Assembly (NCBI GenBank): GCA_965209155.1
Contig: OZ242383.1
Location: 2,688,001-2,752,000 of the forward strand
Source of the DNA: a bacterium
Lineage (GTDB): Bacteria; SAR324; NAC60-12
DNA length: 64,000 nt
Reading direction: 5' to 3'
Shown here: in pieces, positions 49,986-59,351 of the stretch
How positions within the stretch are numbered: position 1 is the first letter of the stretch
Layout: every line of letters starts with the position of its first letter
The notes under the pieces: model-generated
What the model was told of the DNA's origin: nothing
The model's database searches: none
Seen by the model: the letters and a program-made list of their open reading frames with translations, nothing else
Made by a program: the position numbers and the translations under genes

Positions 49986-50858
49986 ATGATAGTAGTAACG
50001 GGAGCAGCGGGAAGAATGGGAAGACAAGTGCTTCAGCGTCTGGTTGATGAAGGAACAGAGGTCCGCGGCACAGATAAGGTAGCTTTTGATGACTCGCCCG
50101 CGCCCTACATTCAGGCCGACCTGTGCGATCCGGATAAGGCGAGGGAAGTGTTGAAGGGCGCCGATGCACTGATCCATATGGGGGCTATTCCAGGCCCTGC
50201 GGTCAAGGATCTTCATGAATACAACGCTGCGTACTCCGCAATCAGCCCCACTGATGTTTTCGAGATCAATGTTCAGAGTACCTTCAACATCATGATGGCG
50301 GCTTCGGATGAGAAAATTCAACGGATGGTTTTTTCTTCCAGTGCCTTTGCCATGGGGTGGGCGCACGATCCTTCGGCCTTTGTGCCCAAGTACCTGCCTC
50401 TTGATGAAGAACATCCCCTGATACCTTTTGAGACCTATGGGTTATCAAAGCAGATAGGAGAGAACATTGCGGGAATGATTTCGCGAAATTCTTCCATGTC
50501 CGTAGCAAGCCTGCGCTTTACGAATGCACCCTTACCCGAAGTTCAGGCAGAATTCCCCTGGCCTGCGCCAACTCCTGAAAATCCGACGACGCTGGTGATG
50601 TGGGCTTATGCCGACCAGCGAGATGTGGTAGAAATGCATCTCCTTGCCTTGCGAGGGGAGTTCGAGGGACACGAACCCTTTCTGATAGCTCAACCCAAGA
50701 CTCGTTTCCAGGAGCCCACGCTGGACCTCATCAGGCAGAATTTCGGGTCACAGGTTGAGATTCGAGGCGAACTTCAGGGAAACGCCAGTGTCATCAGCAC
50801 CGAGAAGGCACAGCGCATGTTGGGTTTCAAACCACGACAGCACTGGAACGAACCTTAA
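49986..50858 (+). CDS. NAD-dependent epimerase/dehydratase
   Basis: VTGAAGRMG, IHMGAIP, FSSS, YGLSK. Confidence 0.9.
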   Translation: MIVVTGAAGRMGRQVLQRLVDEGTEVRGTDKVAFDDSPAPYIQADLCDPDKAREVLKGADALIHMGAIPGPAVKDLHEYNAAYSAISPTDVFEINVQSTFNIMMAASDEKIQRMVFSSSAFAMGWAHDPSAFVPKYLPLDEEHPLIPFETYGLSKQIGENIAGMISRNSSMSVASLRFTNAPLPEVQAEFPWPAPTPENPTTLVMWAYADQRDVVEMHLLALRGEFEGHEPFLIAQPKTRFQEPTLDLIRQNFGSQVEIRGELQGNASVISTEKAQRMLGFKPRQHWNEP

Positions 50859-50924
50859 ATGGAAGATCTCGCCAAAAGAGAGCTTCATGATTTTTAACGA
50901 TAACTCAATAAAGAGAGGGATTAT

Positions 50925-51698
50925 ATGTCCAGATTAATGGAAGGAAAAGTCGGTATAGTCACCGGTGCAGGGGCGGGAATAGGTCGTGCAAGCGCAAGGG
51001 CTTTTGCTGAAGAAGGTGCAAAGGTAGTCGTTTCAGATCTTGATCCAGTAGAGGGAGGAGAAACAGTTCGTCTTATTAAAGAAGCGGGAGGTCAAGCACT
51101 CTTTTTTAAATGTGACGTTACCGATGAAGAACAGGTAAACGCACTGGTTGATTTTTGCGTCTCTCAGTTTGGACGGCTTGACTGGGCACACAACAATGCC
51201 GGGATTACTAGTGAATTTGCAGCCCTGGCAGACACGACAACCGAAAACTGGGATCGTGTGATCAAGACAAATCTCTATGGATGCTATTTCTCAATGAAAC
51301 ACGAAATTCCGGCTATGCTTAAATCGGGTGGCGGAGCTATTGTTAACACGGGTTCCAATGTAGGGGTAGTGTCGACAAGTTATGGGGCTTCTTATATCGC
51401 ATCTAAATTTGCGGTAAGAGGCCTTACGCAGTGTGCTGCCTTGGACTATGCCAAGATAGGCATTCGTATAAATTCGATCAGCCCAGGCATGACAGATACA
51501 CCTAATATAAGCGGCTTGAAAAAAGATAGACCTGAAAGTGTTAAAGCTTTTATAGATAATATTCCAATGGGTTGTTTAGCCAGTCCGGAAGATCAGGCAA
51601 ACGCCGCGGTATTTCTCTGTTCTGATAAAGCTCGCCACATTACGGCAACGGATTTATTAGTTGATGGCGGACAGTTTGCAGAGATGGTACCGCTTTAA
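50925..51698 (+). CDS. SDR family oxidoreductase
   Basis: TGAGAGIG, NNAG, YIASK, IRINSISPG. Confidence 0.92.
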   Translation: MSRLMEGKVGIVTGAGAGIGRASARAFAEEGAKVVVSDLDPVEGGETVRLIKEAGGQALFFKCDVTDEEQVNALVDFCVSQFGRLDWAHNNAGITSEFAALADTTTENWDRVIKTNLYGCYFSMKHEIPAMLKSGGGAIVNTGSNVGVVSTSYGASYIASKFAVRGLTQCAALDYAKIGIRINSISPGMTDTPNISGLKKDRPESVKAFIDNIPMGCLASPEDQANAAVFLCSDKARHITATDLLVDGGQFAEMVPL

Positions 51699-51769
51699 TC
51701 TGATAGGAAATCGCTTTTTTCACGCCAAGCTTCTACCTCCCCCATGCGATAGGCGTGGACTAGCAAGGT

Positions 51770-52102
51770 GACATTGAAGATGCCCTGCGGGCCACAATAA
51801 TGCTGTATGATGCACCAAAAGAGCAAATAGAGACCGTCTGCTATAACGTCGTAGGGGTCTTCCCATCGCTAACGGCCAGGGAGGTAGAACGGACTATAAA
51901 GAAGTTCGTTCCGGAAGCTCAATTAACCTATAAGCCGGACCCCTTCGTCATGGATTATTTCCGCAGTCTCAATAACTTCGATGATAGCCGGGCTCGTGAG
52001 GAATAGGGGTGGAAGCCATTGTATGCGGATTTCGAAAAGGGAGTGGCCGAATTCATTAAAGAAGTAAGATCGAAACCTGAGTGCTACAAAGAAGTAAGAT
52101 AG
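51770..52102 (+). pseudogene. C-terminal fragment of NAD-dependent epimerase with an internal nonsense codon
   Basis: DIEDALRATIMLYDAP...YNV...DDSRAREE*GWKP (TAG where W is expected); N-terminus absent. Confidence 0.78.
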
Positions 52103-52139
52103 CAACCTGAATACACCCGATGGAAGAAAGGAGAAACAT

Positions 52140-52274
52140 ATGAAGATTTTAGTCACCGGCGGGACGGGTCGCATTGGGACCCATTTGGTCAAACAACTGT
52201 TGGCCAAGGGGCATGAGATTCGTAGCTTTGTCTATCCCGGCGATACGAGCCGGGTTCATAAATTGGTTATTTAA
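52140..52274 (+). pseudogene. N-terminal fragment of NAD-dependent epimerase
   Basis: RBS AAGGAG + MKILVTGGTGRIGTHLVKQLLAKGHEIR..., stops after 44 codons. Confidence 0.82.
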
Positions 52275-52287
52275 AAGGAAGGAGAGC

Positions 52288-52385
52288 TTTAATCTCTACG
52301 GGTCTAATTCCTCGAAGCTTGCTTGGATGAGAAAATAGACTCCACATTTCGATACCTCGGAGCTTGCTGCGGGGAGTGGCTTCAT
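52288..52385 (+). mobile_element. non-autonomous IS200 derivative (both ends, no ORF)
   Basis: TTTAATCTCTACGGGTCTAATTCCTCGAAGCTTGCTT and CGATACCTCGGAGCTTGCTGCGGGG..TTCAT match the left and right ends of the IS at 27571-28131. Confidence 0.82.
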
Positions 52386-52408
52386 TTATTTTAATTTGCA
52401 GGAGGAAT

Positions 52409-52720
52409 ATGGCTGTACTTTATTACAGTGAAATAAAACTTAAAAAAGATAAGAAGGATGAATTTCTGGATTTATTGAAGTCTCCAAAAGGATTTGCTAT
52501 CGCAAAATCAAAACCTGGGTTTATTTCTCTGGAAAGTGGAGTTTCCAAGGATGATTCTGGTCAAAGTACTGTCCACTTTTGGGTGAAATGGGAGAAAATG
52601 GAAGATTATGAAAATTACACGAAAGATCCTAACCGAGATCCTGAAAGTGAGTACATGCAGAAATCGGCAGGTATGATAGACGGGCCTCAAAAAAAAGGGG
52701 TTTTTCTTGAAATTATTTAG
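52409..52720 (+). CDS. antibiotic biosynthesis monooxygenase (ABM)-like protein
   Basis: 103 aa, K..K.DEF.....PGFIS......W.KWE..EDY..Y pattern; RBS AGGAGG. Confidence 0.7.
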   Translation: MAVLYYSEIKLKKDKKDEFLDLLKSPKGFAIAKSKPGFISLESGVSKDDSGQSTVHFWVKWEKMEDYENYTKDPNRDPESEYMQKSAGMIDGPQKKGVFLEII

Positions 52721-52766
52721 TAAGAGGTAAAGAGTATCAGTATTCAGAGTTTATAAAGGAGGAAAA

Positions 52767-53702
52767 ATGAACCTACCCACGTGGACCCGCGACGCCGGGA
52801 CAATGAAACGAGATATCGACGAGCATGGATATTGTCTCGTCAAGGAAGCGCTGACCCCGGAACAGCTTGCCGAAGCTCAAAAGCGTCTCAGCGAGCAGGC
52901 CGAGGCCGAGCGCAGGGCCGGCGTCGGCTTCTTCAGTAACGGCCGGATCCCTGATGACCTGGGAGAATTTCCGGAACCCGAAACTGGCAACAACCAAGCT
53001 GTGAACTTTCTCGCAAACAAGGGCCGCATCTTTCGCGAGATGGCTGCGCTGCCGGACATTCTGGACATTGTGCACCATGTGCTCGGCGAGGAAATCCGTA
53101 TCCAAAATCTCTTAGCGCTCATCATTCGCAGTGGTGGCCAGGCGCAGACGCTGCACCAGGACCAATGGTTTGTCCCATCGTCCGGCCGCTATGACGAGCC
53201 GATGCGGGCCGGATCGATCACACGCGCGAATCCTGGCCAGCCCGTGACACCGGGAGCGACCCTGATGCCGTGCATCGTGTGCAACGTCATGTGGATGCTG
53301 GACGACTTCACCAGCGAAAACGGCGCAACCTGGATCGTGCCCGGCAGCCACAAGCTCGGACGCCGACCGAACAAAGGCGACCTGAAGGACCAGATGCAGG
53401 TGATAGGTCCGGCCGGCAACTGCTTCATCTTCGATGGCCGGCTCATTCATGGATCCGGAGCCTACCTCTCTCAGGATCCGACTGGCGAGCGGAAGGCCCT
53501 CACCTACGCTTACCAACCGCCCATGTTCAGGCCCTTCGAGAACTATCCGATGGCGTTGCTTCCGGAGGTATATGAGGAAGCCTCCCAAGAGCTTCTCGAT
53601 CTCCTGGGCTTCAAAGTCTGGTTCGGCATTGGCCACCGGGGCGACTTTAACGCGGAGCGCATCTCGCGCGACACACCGATCATTGGGGAGCTGAAGCCGT
53701 GA
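52767..53702 (+). CDS. phytanoyl-CoA dioxygenase family (Fe/2OG) protein
   Basis: [42 protein letters not shown]. Confidence 0.9.
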   Translation: MNLPTWTRDAGTMKRDIDEHGYCLVKEALTPEQLAEAQKRLSEQAEAERRAGVGFFSNGRIPDDLGEFPEPETGNNQAVNFLANKGRIFREMAALPDILDIVHHVLGEEIRIQNLLALIIRSGGQAQTLHQDQWFVPSSGRYDEPMRAGSITRANPGQPVTPGATLMPCIVCNVMWMLDDFTSENGATWIVPGSHKLGRRPNKGDLKDQMQVIGPAGNCFIFDGRLIHGSGAYLSQDPTGERKALTYAYQPPMFRPFENYPMALLPEVYEEASQELLDLLGFKVWFGIGHRGDFNAERISRDTPIIGELKP

Positions 53703-53809
53703 CGGTGAACAGTGTTTCCCCTTTCGCCATGACTCCTGGACATGCCCTTAATGGGAAGCGATGGGGTGAGTCGAATGCTTTTAAAAAGAGCCCTCCCTCT
53801 TCTCCTAAA

Positions 53810-53932
53810 TTGTACGGTAGGCCGGGAACACCTGAAGAAATGGCTGTGGCTGTGGCTTTCTTTGCCTCGGACGAAGCCAGCTATATTACCGGACAGACCC
53901 TCAGTGTGAATGGGGGGAGGTTTATGTTTTGA
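53810..53932 (+). pseudogene. C-terminal fragment of SDR oxidoreductase
   Basis: [34 protein letters not shown] without a Rossmann N-terminus. Confidence 0.8.
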
Positions 53933-53951
53933 AAAGGAGAGCTTTATGATA

Positions 53952-53981
53952 ATGAACCTACCCTCTTGGACCCGCGACGCC
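53952..53981 (+). pseudogene. orphan copy of the first 10 codons of the dioxygenase gene
   Basis: 28/30 identity to 52767-52796, preceded by AAGGAG. Confidence 0.7.
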
Positions 53982-54112
53982 TTCTTCACTCCCGCTCGGC
54001 GTACTGTCGCAATGACAGTTCATGTACGGACTTTCACCGCATGGAAAATTGGATTCATTGCCTGAAAACTGTGGGAGGGTGGCGGCCGTTGTCCTCTCAC
54101 AATGGTTTTATC

Positions 54113-54598
54113 TCACTCTGATCCGGCCAGTATTTCGAGGTCTTCTTTGGCAAGACGCCAGACGGTCCATTCGTCCAGGGGCCGGGCTCCGACTCTTCGA
54201 TAGGTTTTCTTTGCCATTTCGTTCCAATTCAAGACCGACCACTCCATCCTGCCACAACCCCGCTCGACTGCTATGCGGGCGATCTCAATAAGGAGTCGAC
54301 GTCCATATCCTTTTCCACGTGATTCGGGCTTGACGAACAGGTCCTCGAGATAGAGACCTCGCCGCCCCAGGAATGTGGAAAAATTGTGAAAAAACAGCGC
54401 GAAACCAACAGCTTCGTCTTCGACTCGAGCGATCAGCGCCTCGGCAGCTGGCGGGTCACTGAACAGCGCGCTTCTGAGGTCGGCCTCGCTCGCAATGACC
54501 TCGAGTGACAAATTTTCGTATGCGGCGAGTTCCCTGATCAGTGACATGACGATATGCAAGTCATCCTCGCTAGCCCTTTCAATACGTATTTGATTCAT
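54113..54598 (-). CDS. GNAT N-acetyltransferase (SSAT-like)
   Basis: LIRELAAYE, GFALFFHNFSTFLGRRGLYLEDLFV, RGKGYG, RMEWSVLNWN. Confidence 0.92.
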   Translation of the reverse strand: MNQIRIERASEDDLHIVMSLIRELAAYENLSLEVIASEADLRSALFSDPPAAEALIARVEDEAVGFALFFHNFSTFLGRRGLYLEDLFVKPESRGKGYGRRLLIEIARIAVERGCGRMEWSVLNWNEMAKKTYRRVGARPLDEWTVWRLAKEDLEILAGSE

Positions 54599-54765
54599 GA
54601 TTTTTCCCGTTCCTCAGACTTGTGAGATCGATCTTTGTTATTCCACCCCGCATTTATTTAGCATCCTGACACAATAATCTCACTGCAATTATTCGCTCTT
54701 GCAATAATATTTGATGTCAGGTGAACAAATTTTGCCATAAGAGCTCTATTGGGGATTCAAGGAAG

Positions 54766-54961
54766 AAAGGCACAAAGGCACAAAGGCACAAAGGCACAAA
54801 GCACAGAGGCGCAAAGGAGACTCTTGAAAGAACTGACAACTGACAACCGATAACTGGCGCCATGGCGCCAAGGCACAGAGGCACCAAGGCGACTCTTGAA
54901 GGGACTGACAACCGATAACTGATAACCGATAACTGGCGCCAAGGCACAAAGGCGCCAAAGG
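54766..54961. repeat. mosaic of 8-mer (AAAGGCAC) and 7-mer (AC[T/C]GA[C/T]A) tandem arrays with a higher-order duplication
   Basis: AAAGGCAC x4 plus degenerate copies; two blocks GACTCTTGAA-[heptamer array]-ACTGGCGCCA. Confidence 0.9.
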
Positions 54962-55025
54962 TTTCTGCGGTATTGGTAATTTTGAGGGGGAGTTATTGCT
55001 TGATTAGATGAGTGGAGAGGTTCTG

Positions 55026-55070
55026 ATGATCAAAACATACCGGGATTTAATTGTCTTGTAAAAATCAATA
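55026..55070 (+). pseudogene. 5' remnant of a second four helix bundle gene
   Basis: RBS GGAGAGG + MIKTYRDLIVL*KSI versus the family N-terminus YRDLxVWQKSM (three single-base changes). Confidence 0.68.
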
Positions 55071-55222
55071 GCCAATGAGAGAAAATCTATTTCGAGTAGA
55101 CTGCGGTTTGTATGAAATAAACAATGGTGTCGAAAAAATATTTTAGCTCACTCAACTCAAATTCGATTTTTCGTATTTGGATGTTGAGTGGGCAGGAACC
55201 GTATTGCTGAAAAGGGTTTGAA

Positions 55223-56077
55223 TTGAAACTGAGTATTGTAACCTACAACACCCAATTTTGTACGGGTTTGGACGGAATAACCAGTGTCGATCGCATTGCC
55301 GGCGAAGTCCGAGATTGCGATATTATTTGTTTGCAGGAAATCGACAGGTCATGGAAACGTACGGGAATGCAGGATCAGGTTAAGCATTTGTGTGAATTAT
55401 TCGATGATCGTTTCATCTTTTTTGGACCTGCGATTGATGTAGATGCCAGTGTTTGTCTTCAAAACAACAAGATTCAAAATCGCAGGAGGCAATTCGGCAA
55501 TATGATCATTTCGCGTTGGCCGATTGAGCAAGCGCGTGTTCACCAGTTGCCGAAGCGGCATTGGAAGGACCGGCTCAGTTTGCAACGCATTGCGATAGAT
55601 ACGGTCATCGATACTCCGGAAAAGCGAATCAGGTTGCTCTGCACCCATCTCAACCACGCATCGGACAAGGAGCGGATGGAGCAAATCAGAGCTTTGCAAA
55701 AGATAGTTCATACCGGCAGGAGCTGGGGTGGTGCCATGACGGGTCCGCGAGATGATTTCTGGGAGCTTTACGATTCATCCCAAAATATTCCGGAGGATAC
55801 CCTCTTACTCGGAGATTTCAATATGACTCCCGACAGTACAGAATATAGAGCAATGATGGAGACTGGTGAAAGCACTCAAGGCTTCACCAGTCGTTTAAAA
55901 GATCTATGGGTGCTGCGGCAAGGTGAGGAAGCAGGTTTAACTTTCTTCGCTAAAATCCCAAAGAGAGTGGATTACATCTTCGCAAACGATGGATTTGCCA
56001 ATGCTTTGCAAGAAATACGAGTGATAGAGGAAGCAAGGGGTTCAGACCATAAACCGCTCATGGCAAGATTTTGTTGA
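55223..56077 (+). CDS. endonuclease/exonuclease/phosphatase family protein
   Basis: IVTYN, DIICLQEID, FGNMIISRWP, THL, LLGDFN, RVDYIF, SDHKP; TTG start. Confidence 0.9.
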   Translation: MKLSIVTYNTQFCTGLDGITSVDRIAGEVRDCDIICLQEIDRSWKRTGMQDQVKHLCELFDDRFIFFGPAIDVDASVCLQNNKIQNRRRQFGNMIISRWPIEQARVHQLPKRHWKDRLSLQRIAIDTVIDTPEKRIRLLCTHLNHASDKERMEQIRALQKIVHTGRSWGGAMTGPRDDFWELYDSSQNIPEDTLLLGDFNMTPDSTEYRAMMETGESTQGFTSRLKDLWVLRQGEEAGLTFFAKIPKRVDYIFANDGFANALQEIRVIEEARGSDHKPLMARFC

Positions 56078-56339
56078 ATCGAAATGGGCTGACACCGGCG
56101 GGTACGTTGTGAAAAGGAGAAAAAACTCCACAACCCCTCCTGTAATTGAGTTCCTGTTGCAGGCAGGTGCAGGAAACCAGAGCGTTCCGCGAATTTATAT
56201 TGACATCTCCTTTCGAAGAATTTATAAAAATTTCTCACAAGAATGCGTACGTGGTTGGAAAGAACGAGAAGCGGACGGAATGGGGAAATTCCAGTCATTT
56301 CAAAAATAATTTGTAAAACAGAAAAATTTGAGCACGAAG

Positions 56340-57143
56340 ATGACGCAACGATTGAAAAGCAAAATCGCCATTGTAACGGGAGGCAACAGTGGCATTGGTG
56401 AAGCAACAGCCCACCTTTTTGCCAGGGAAGGGGCCAGAGTAATTATTATGGCCAGACGGGAAGTGGAAGGGCGGAGAGTGGAAAAAGCCATCACGGATGA
56501 AGGGGGTGAAGCCACCTTCTTTGCCTGTGACGTGAGCAATGTGAGCTCGGTGGAGTCTGCTGTGGCGGCGGCGGTTGAAACATATGGTGCCATAGACATT
56601 TTGATCAACAACGCCGGTGGAGGCGTGGGGGGAGACTTTCCCAACATGTCCGATGAAGACTGGAACTATGTGATCAACATCAACCTCAATGGAACCTTTT
56701 ATATGTCACGCGCAGTTTGGCCACATCTCGTGGCTGCCGGTGGCGGTGCCGTGGTGAACATGTCGTCGCTCGCCGCTCAGCGAGGTTTCAGCCCCCGGAT
56801 GCATGATGAATTCGGTACGGCCGCACCGGCGTACTATGCGGCAAAAGCGGGGATCGACGCACTGACGCGATACATGGCAGGAGTTGGGGGTAAGCACAAC
56901 ATCCGTGTGAATTGCGTACGTCCTGGTCAGATCATCACTCCGGGTGCGACTCGGGGAACAATAAACGATCCTGACGGGGGACATCATGTGTTTGAAAAGA
57001 TGTTCAACATGGCGCAGATTATTCCAGGTCCCGGTTACCCGGAGGACGTCGCCAATCTGTTCTTGTTTCTCGTGTGCGAAGAATCGCGTTTCCTCACTGC
57101 AGAGATCATAAACGTCGATGGCGGGGTTGCAGCAAAAATATAA
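56340..57143 (+). CDS. SDR family oxidoreductase
   Basis: TGGNSGIG, INNAG, YYAAK, IRVNCVRPG. Confidence 0.92.
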   Translation: MTQRLKSKIAIVTGGNSGIGEATAHLFAREGARVIIMARREVEGRRVEKAITDEGGEATFFACDVSNVSSVESAVAAAVETYGAIDILINNAGGGVGGDFPNMSDEDWNYVININLNGTFYMSRAVWPHLVAAGGGAVVNMSSLAAQRGFSPRMHDEFGTAAPAYYAAKAGIDALTRYMAGVGGKHNIRVNCVRPGQIITPGATRGTINDPDGGHHVFEKMFNMAQIIPGPGYPEDVANLFLFLVCEESRFLTAEIINVDGGVAAKI

Positions 57144-57289
57144 GTCCTTGGCCATTCGAATATAAAAACACGATTGATGTCAGAGGGAATTAGAGTGACC
57201 TGTACGCAGTCTCATATATAACGAAGGAATCATTGTTAGTCGAACGAGTATTTTAATTCGTGTAAAAAATCAGCAATCAAGAAATGCTT

Positions 57290-58063
57290 ATGTATTTGGA
57301 AAAGTATCAACTCGAGGACAAAGTCGTCGTAATCAATGGCGGCGCACGTGGTATCGGTTATGCTTGCGCAGAAGCTTTTGCAGAATGTGGCGCCACCCTT
57401 GTATTGAGTGACATTATACCGGAGGTTGAATCCTCCGCTCAACAATTGCGAGAGGAAAAGCAAGTCGAAGCAACGGCGCATATTGTGGATTTGACCAACA
57501 CTTCGCAGGTTAATGCGATGGCCGCGACCATCCAACAACAGCACCAGAAGGTGGACATTGTGGTCAACAGTCAGGGTATTGGTGGTGCTGGCCAGGTTAG
57601 CGAATCCCTTCAGGATGAGAGCTGGAATAAAACCATGAGTATCAATCTCGACAGCGTCTTTTGGTGTTGCCGGGTTTTTGGCAATATCATGCTCCGTCAT
57701 GGGACAGGCAGTATCGTAAACCTGGGTTCCATGTCCGGCATTGTCGTCAACAACGGTTTCACCCAAGCGGCATACAATGCCAGCAAAGCCGCTGTTCACC
57801 AACTGACCAAATCTTTGGCCGTCGAATGGGCTAGAAAGGGAGTGAGGGTCAATGCGGTGGCGCCCACCTATATTGCCACCGAAATGACCAGAGGCGCTAC
57901 GCAAAAACCGGACATCTTGGCAAGAATGAAAGAAGCGACTCCTCAAAATCGCATCGGCGAACCGCATGAAATTGCCTCTGCGGTACTTTTTCTGGGTAGT
58001 GATGCTTCCAGTTTAATGACGGGCAGCGTTTTGGTTGTCGATGGAGGGTTCACCTGTTGGTAG
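57290..58063 (+). CDS. SDR family oxidoreductase (polyol/sugar dehydrogenase-like)
   Basis: GGARGIG, GSMSG, QAAYNASKAAVHQLTKSLAVEWA, VDGGFTCW. Confidence 0.9.
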   Translation: MYLEKYQLEDKVVVINGGARGIGYACAEAFAECGATLVLSDIIPEVESSAQQLREEKQVEATAHIVDLTNTSQVNAMAATIQQQHQKVDIVVNSQGIGGAGQVSESLQDESWNKTMSINLDSVFWCCRVFGNIMLRHGTGSIVNLGSMSGIVVNNGFTQAAYNASKAAVHQLTKSLAVEWARKGVRVNAVAPTYIATEMTRGATQKPDILARMKEATPQNRIGEPHEIASAVLFLGSDASSLMTGSVLVVDGGFTCW

Positions 58064-58148
58064 CCATTTTGTAACTATTTAGGTTTCTTTAGATCCCCCA
58101 TCGATTTAAGCACAGGTTTTGCATGGCATAGAGTCCAGAAAGGACGTT

Positions 58149-59045
58149 ATGCTCTCAACAGTTCAAAAATATATTGATTCCCTTTCATCGATTCCCCACC
58201 TTGAGGCTCTTCAAGAAGCCTGTCAACTCTTTGAAAAAGAACGAGAGCAGTGGAAGCAAGAGCGATTAGCACTCCTCAAACGTATTGAAGCGCTCGAAGC
58301 AGAAAATAAGCAACTTCGGGATCAGTTGGCTCTCAACAGCCAAAACTCAAGTAAGCCTCCTTCCAGCGATCCAAGTCGAAAGAACAAAAGTTTGCGTAAA
58401 AGCAGGGGTCGCTCTCGCGGAGGTCAACCCGGTCATCAAGGCCATCATTTGGCTTTCAGTGAATCACCAGATCATGTGGAGCCTCATTTTGTCAACACTT
58501 GTGAAACCTGTGGAGAAGATTTATCCAAGGTGGCGGTTGAGGCCACGCATAAACGTCAGGTCTTTGATCTCCCTGCTCTCCAATTAGAGGTTACTGAACA
58601 TCAGGTGGAACAAAAAATTTGTTCCTGCTGCCGGCATCTGAATCGTTCGAGCTTTCAAGCAGGGATAGAGGGACCCACTCAATATGGTCCCCGGATCAAA
58701 GGCTTAGCGGTTTATCTCAATCAATATCAGTTTCTGCCCTTTGATCGATGCCAGCAATTCTTTGAGGATCTGTTCGGCCAGCCGCTCAATGCGGCCACGA
58801 TTTATGCTAGCCTCCAGCAAGCCGCCCAGAGGCTTTATCCCTTGCAACAACAAGTGGCTGAAGCTCTGATTCAAGCGGAGGTGGTTCATTTTGATGAAAC
58901 CTCCCTCCCGAGGAGCTATTTCCACTACCAGAAAACAGGGAAAATCCATCTTCGAGATGCTCACACAGGCTTTGTCTCTCCCGGATCCAGTCCGGGACAA
59001 GCTTTTACCTGCGCCTCCTTGTTACTGAAACTCCCCTTTTTTTAA
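58149..59045 (+). pseudogene. tnpC: truncated IS66 transposase
   Basis: NSQNSSKPPSSD, GGQPGHQG, CETCG zinc finger, YGPRIK, HFDET; similarity lost after ~58905. Confidence 0.87.
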
Positions 59046-59059
59046 ACGTTTCGCCCCTT

Positions 59060-59219
59060 GCGGGCCAAACGTATTCCTGGCAAACATAGCATCGTCAATG
59101 CGATTTTGTAGGTCGTGAAAACGAGTTGTCAGTGGAGTATGCTCATCCATGATTTACCTCCCTGGCAAAGCGTTTACGATCATTATCGCCATTGGAAAAA
59201 ACGCCGGATTGTGGAGTGA
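59060..59219 (+). pseudogene. IS5-family transposase N-terminal (DUF4096-like) fragment
   Basis: IVNAIL*VVKTSCQWSMLIHDLPPWQSVYDHYRHWKK. Confidence 0.82.
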
Positions 59220-59318
59220 ACCTTCACTTTTTGGCTCATGATCATAAAGAAGCGGATCTCCCTGATTGATAGATTTTTAATTTTTTTACGAATCCTGCAT
59301 TTTTTTTTAATTTGGGGG

Positions 59319-59351
59319 TTGACATTATGCAAGTAGTAGTAGTGCTATAAT
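59319..59351 (+). promoter_or_regulatory. sigma70-like promoter of the sugar ABC operon
   Basis: TTGACA, 21-bp spacer containing (AGT)4, extended -10 TGCTATAAT. Confidence 0.5.

Noticed and set aside
52004..52006. Programmed TAG readthrough (pyrrolysine)
   Set aside because: The position corresponds to a conserved Trp (TGG>TAG) and the gene also lacks its N-terminus, so simple decay explains it.
54717..54958. Three overlapping Cys/Leu-rich ORFs
   Set aside because: Translations of the 7-mer/8-mer tandem arrays, not genuine proteins.
56080..56320. Possible transposase remnant or small ORF between the EEP and SDR genes
   Set aside because: Only a vague FLHLP...EGLW resemblance on the minus strand; insufficient evidence.
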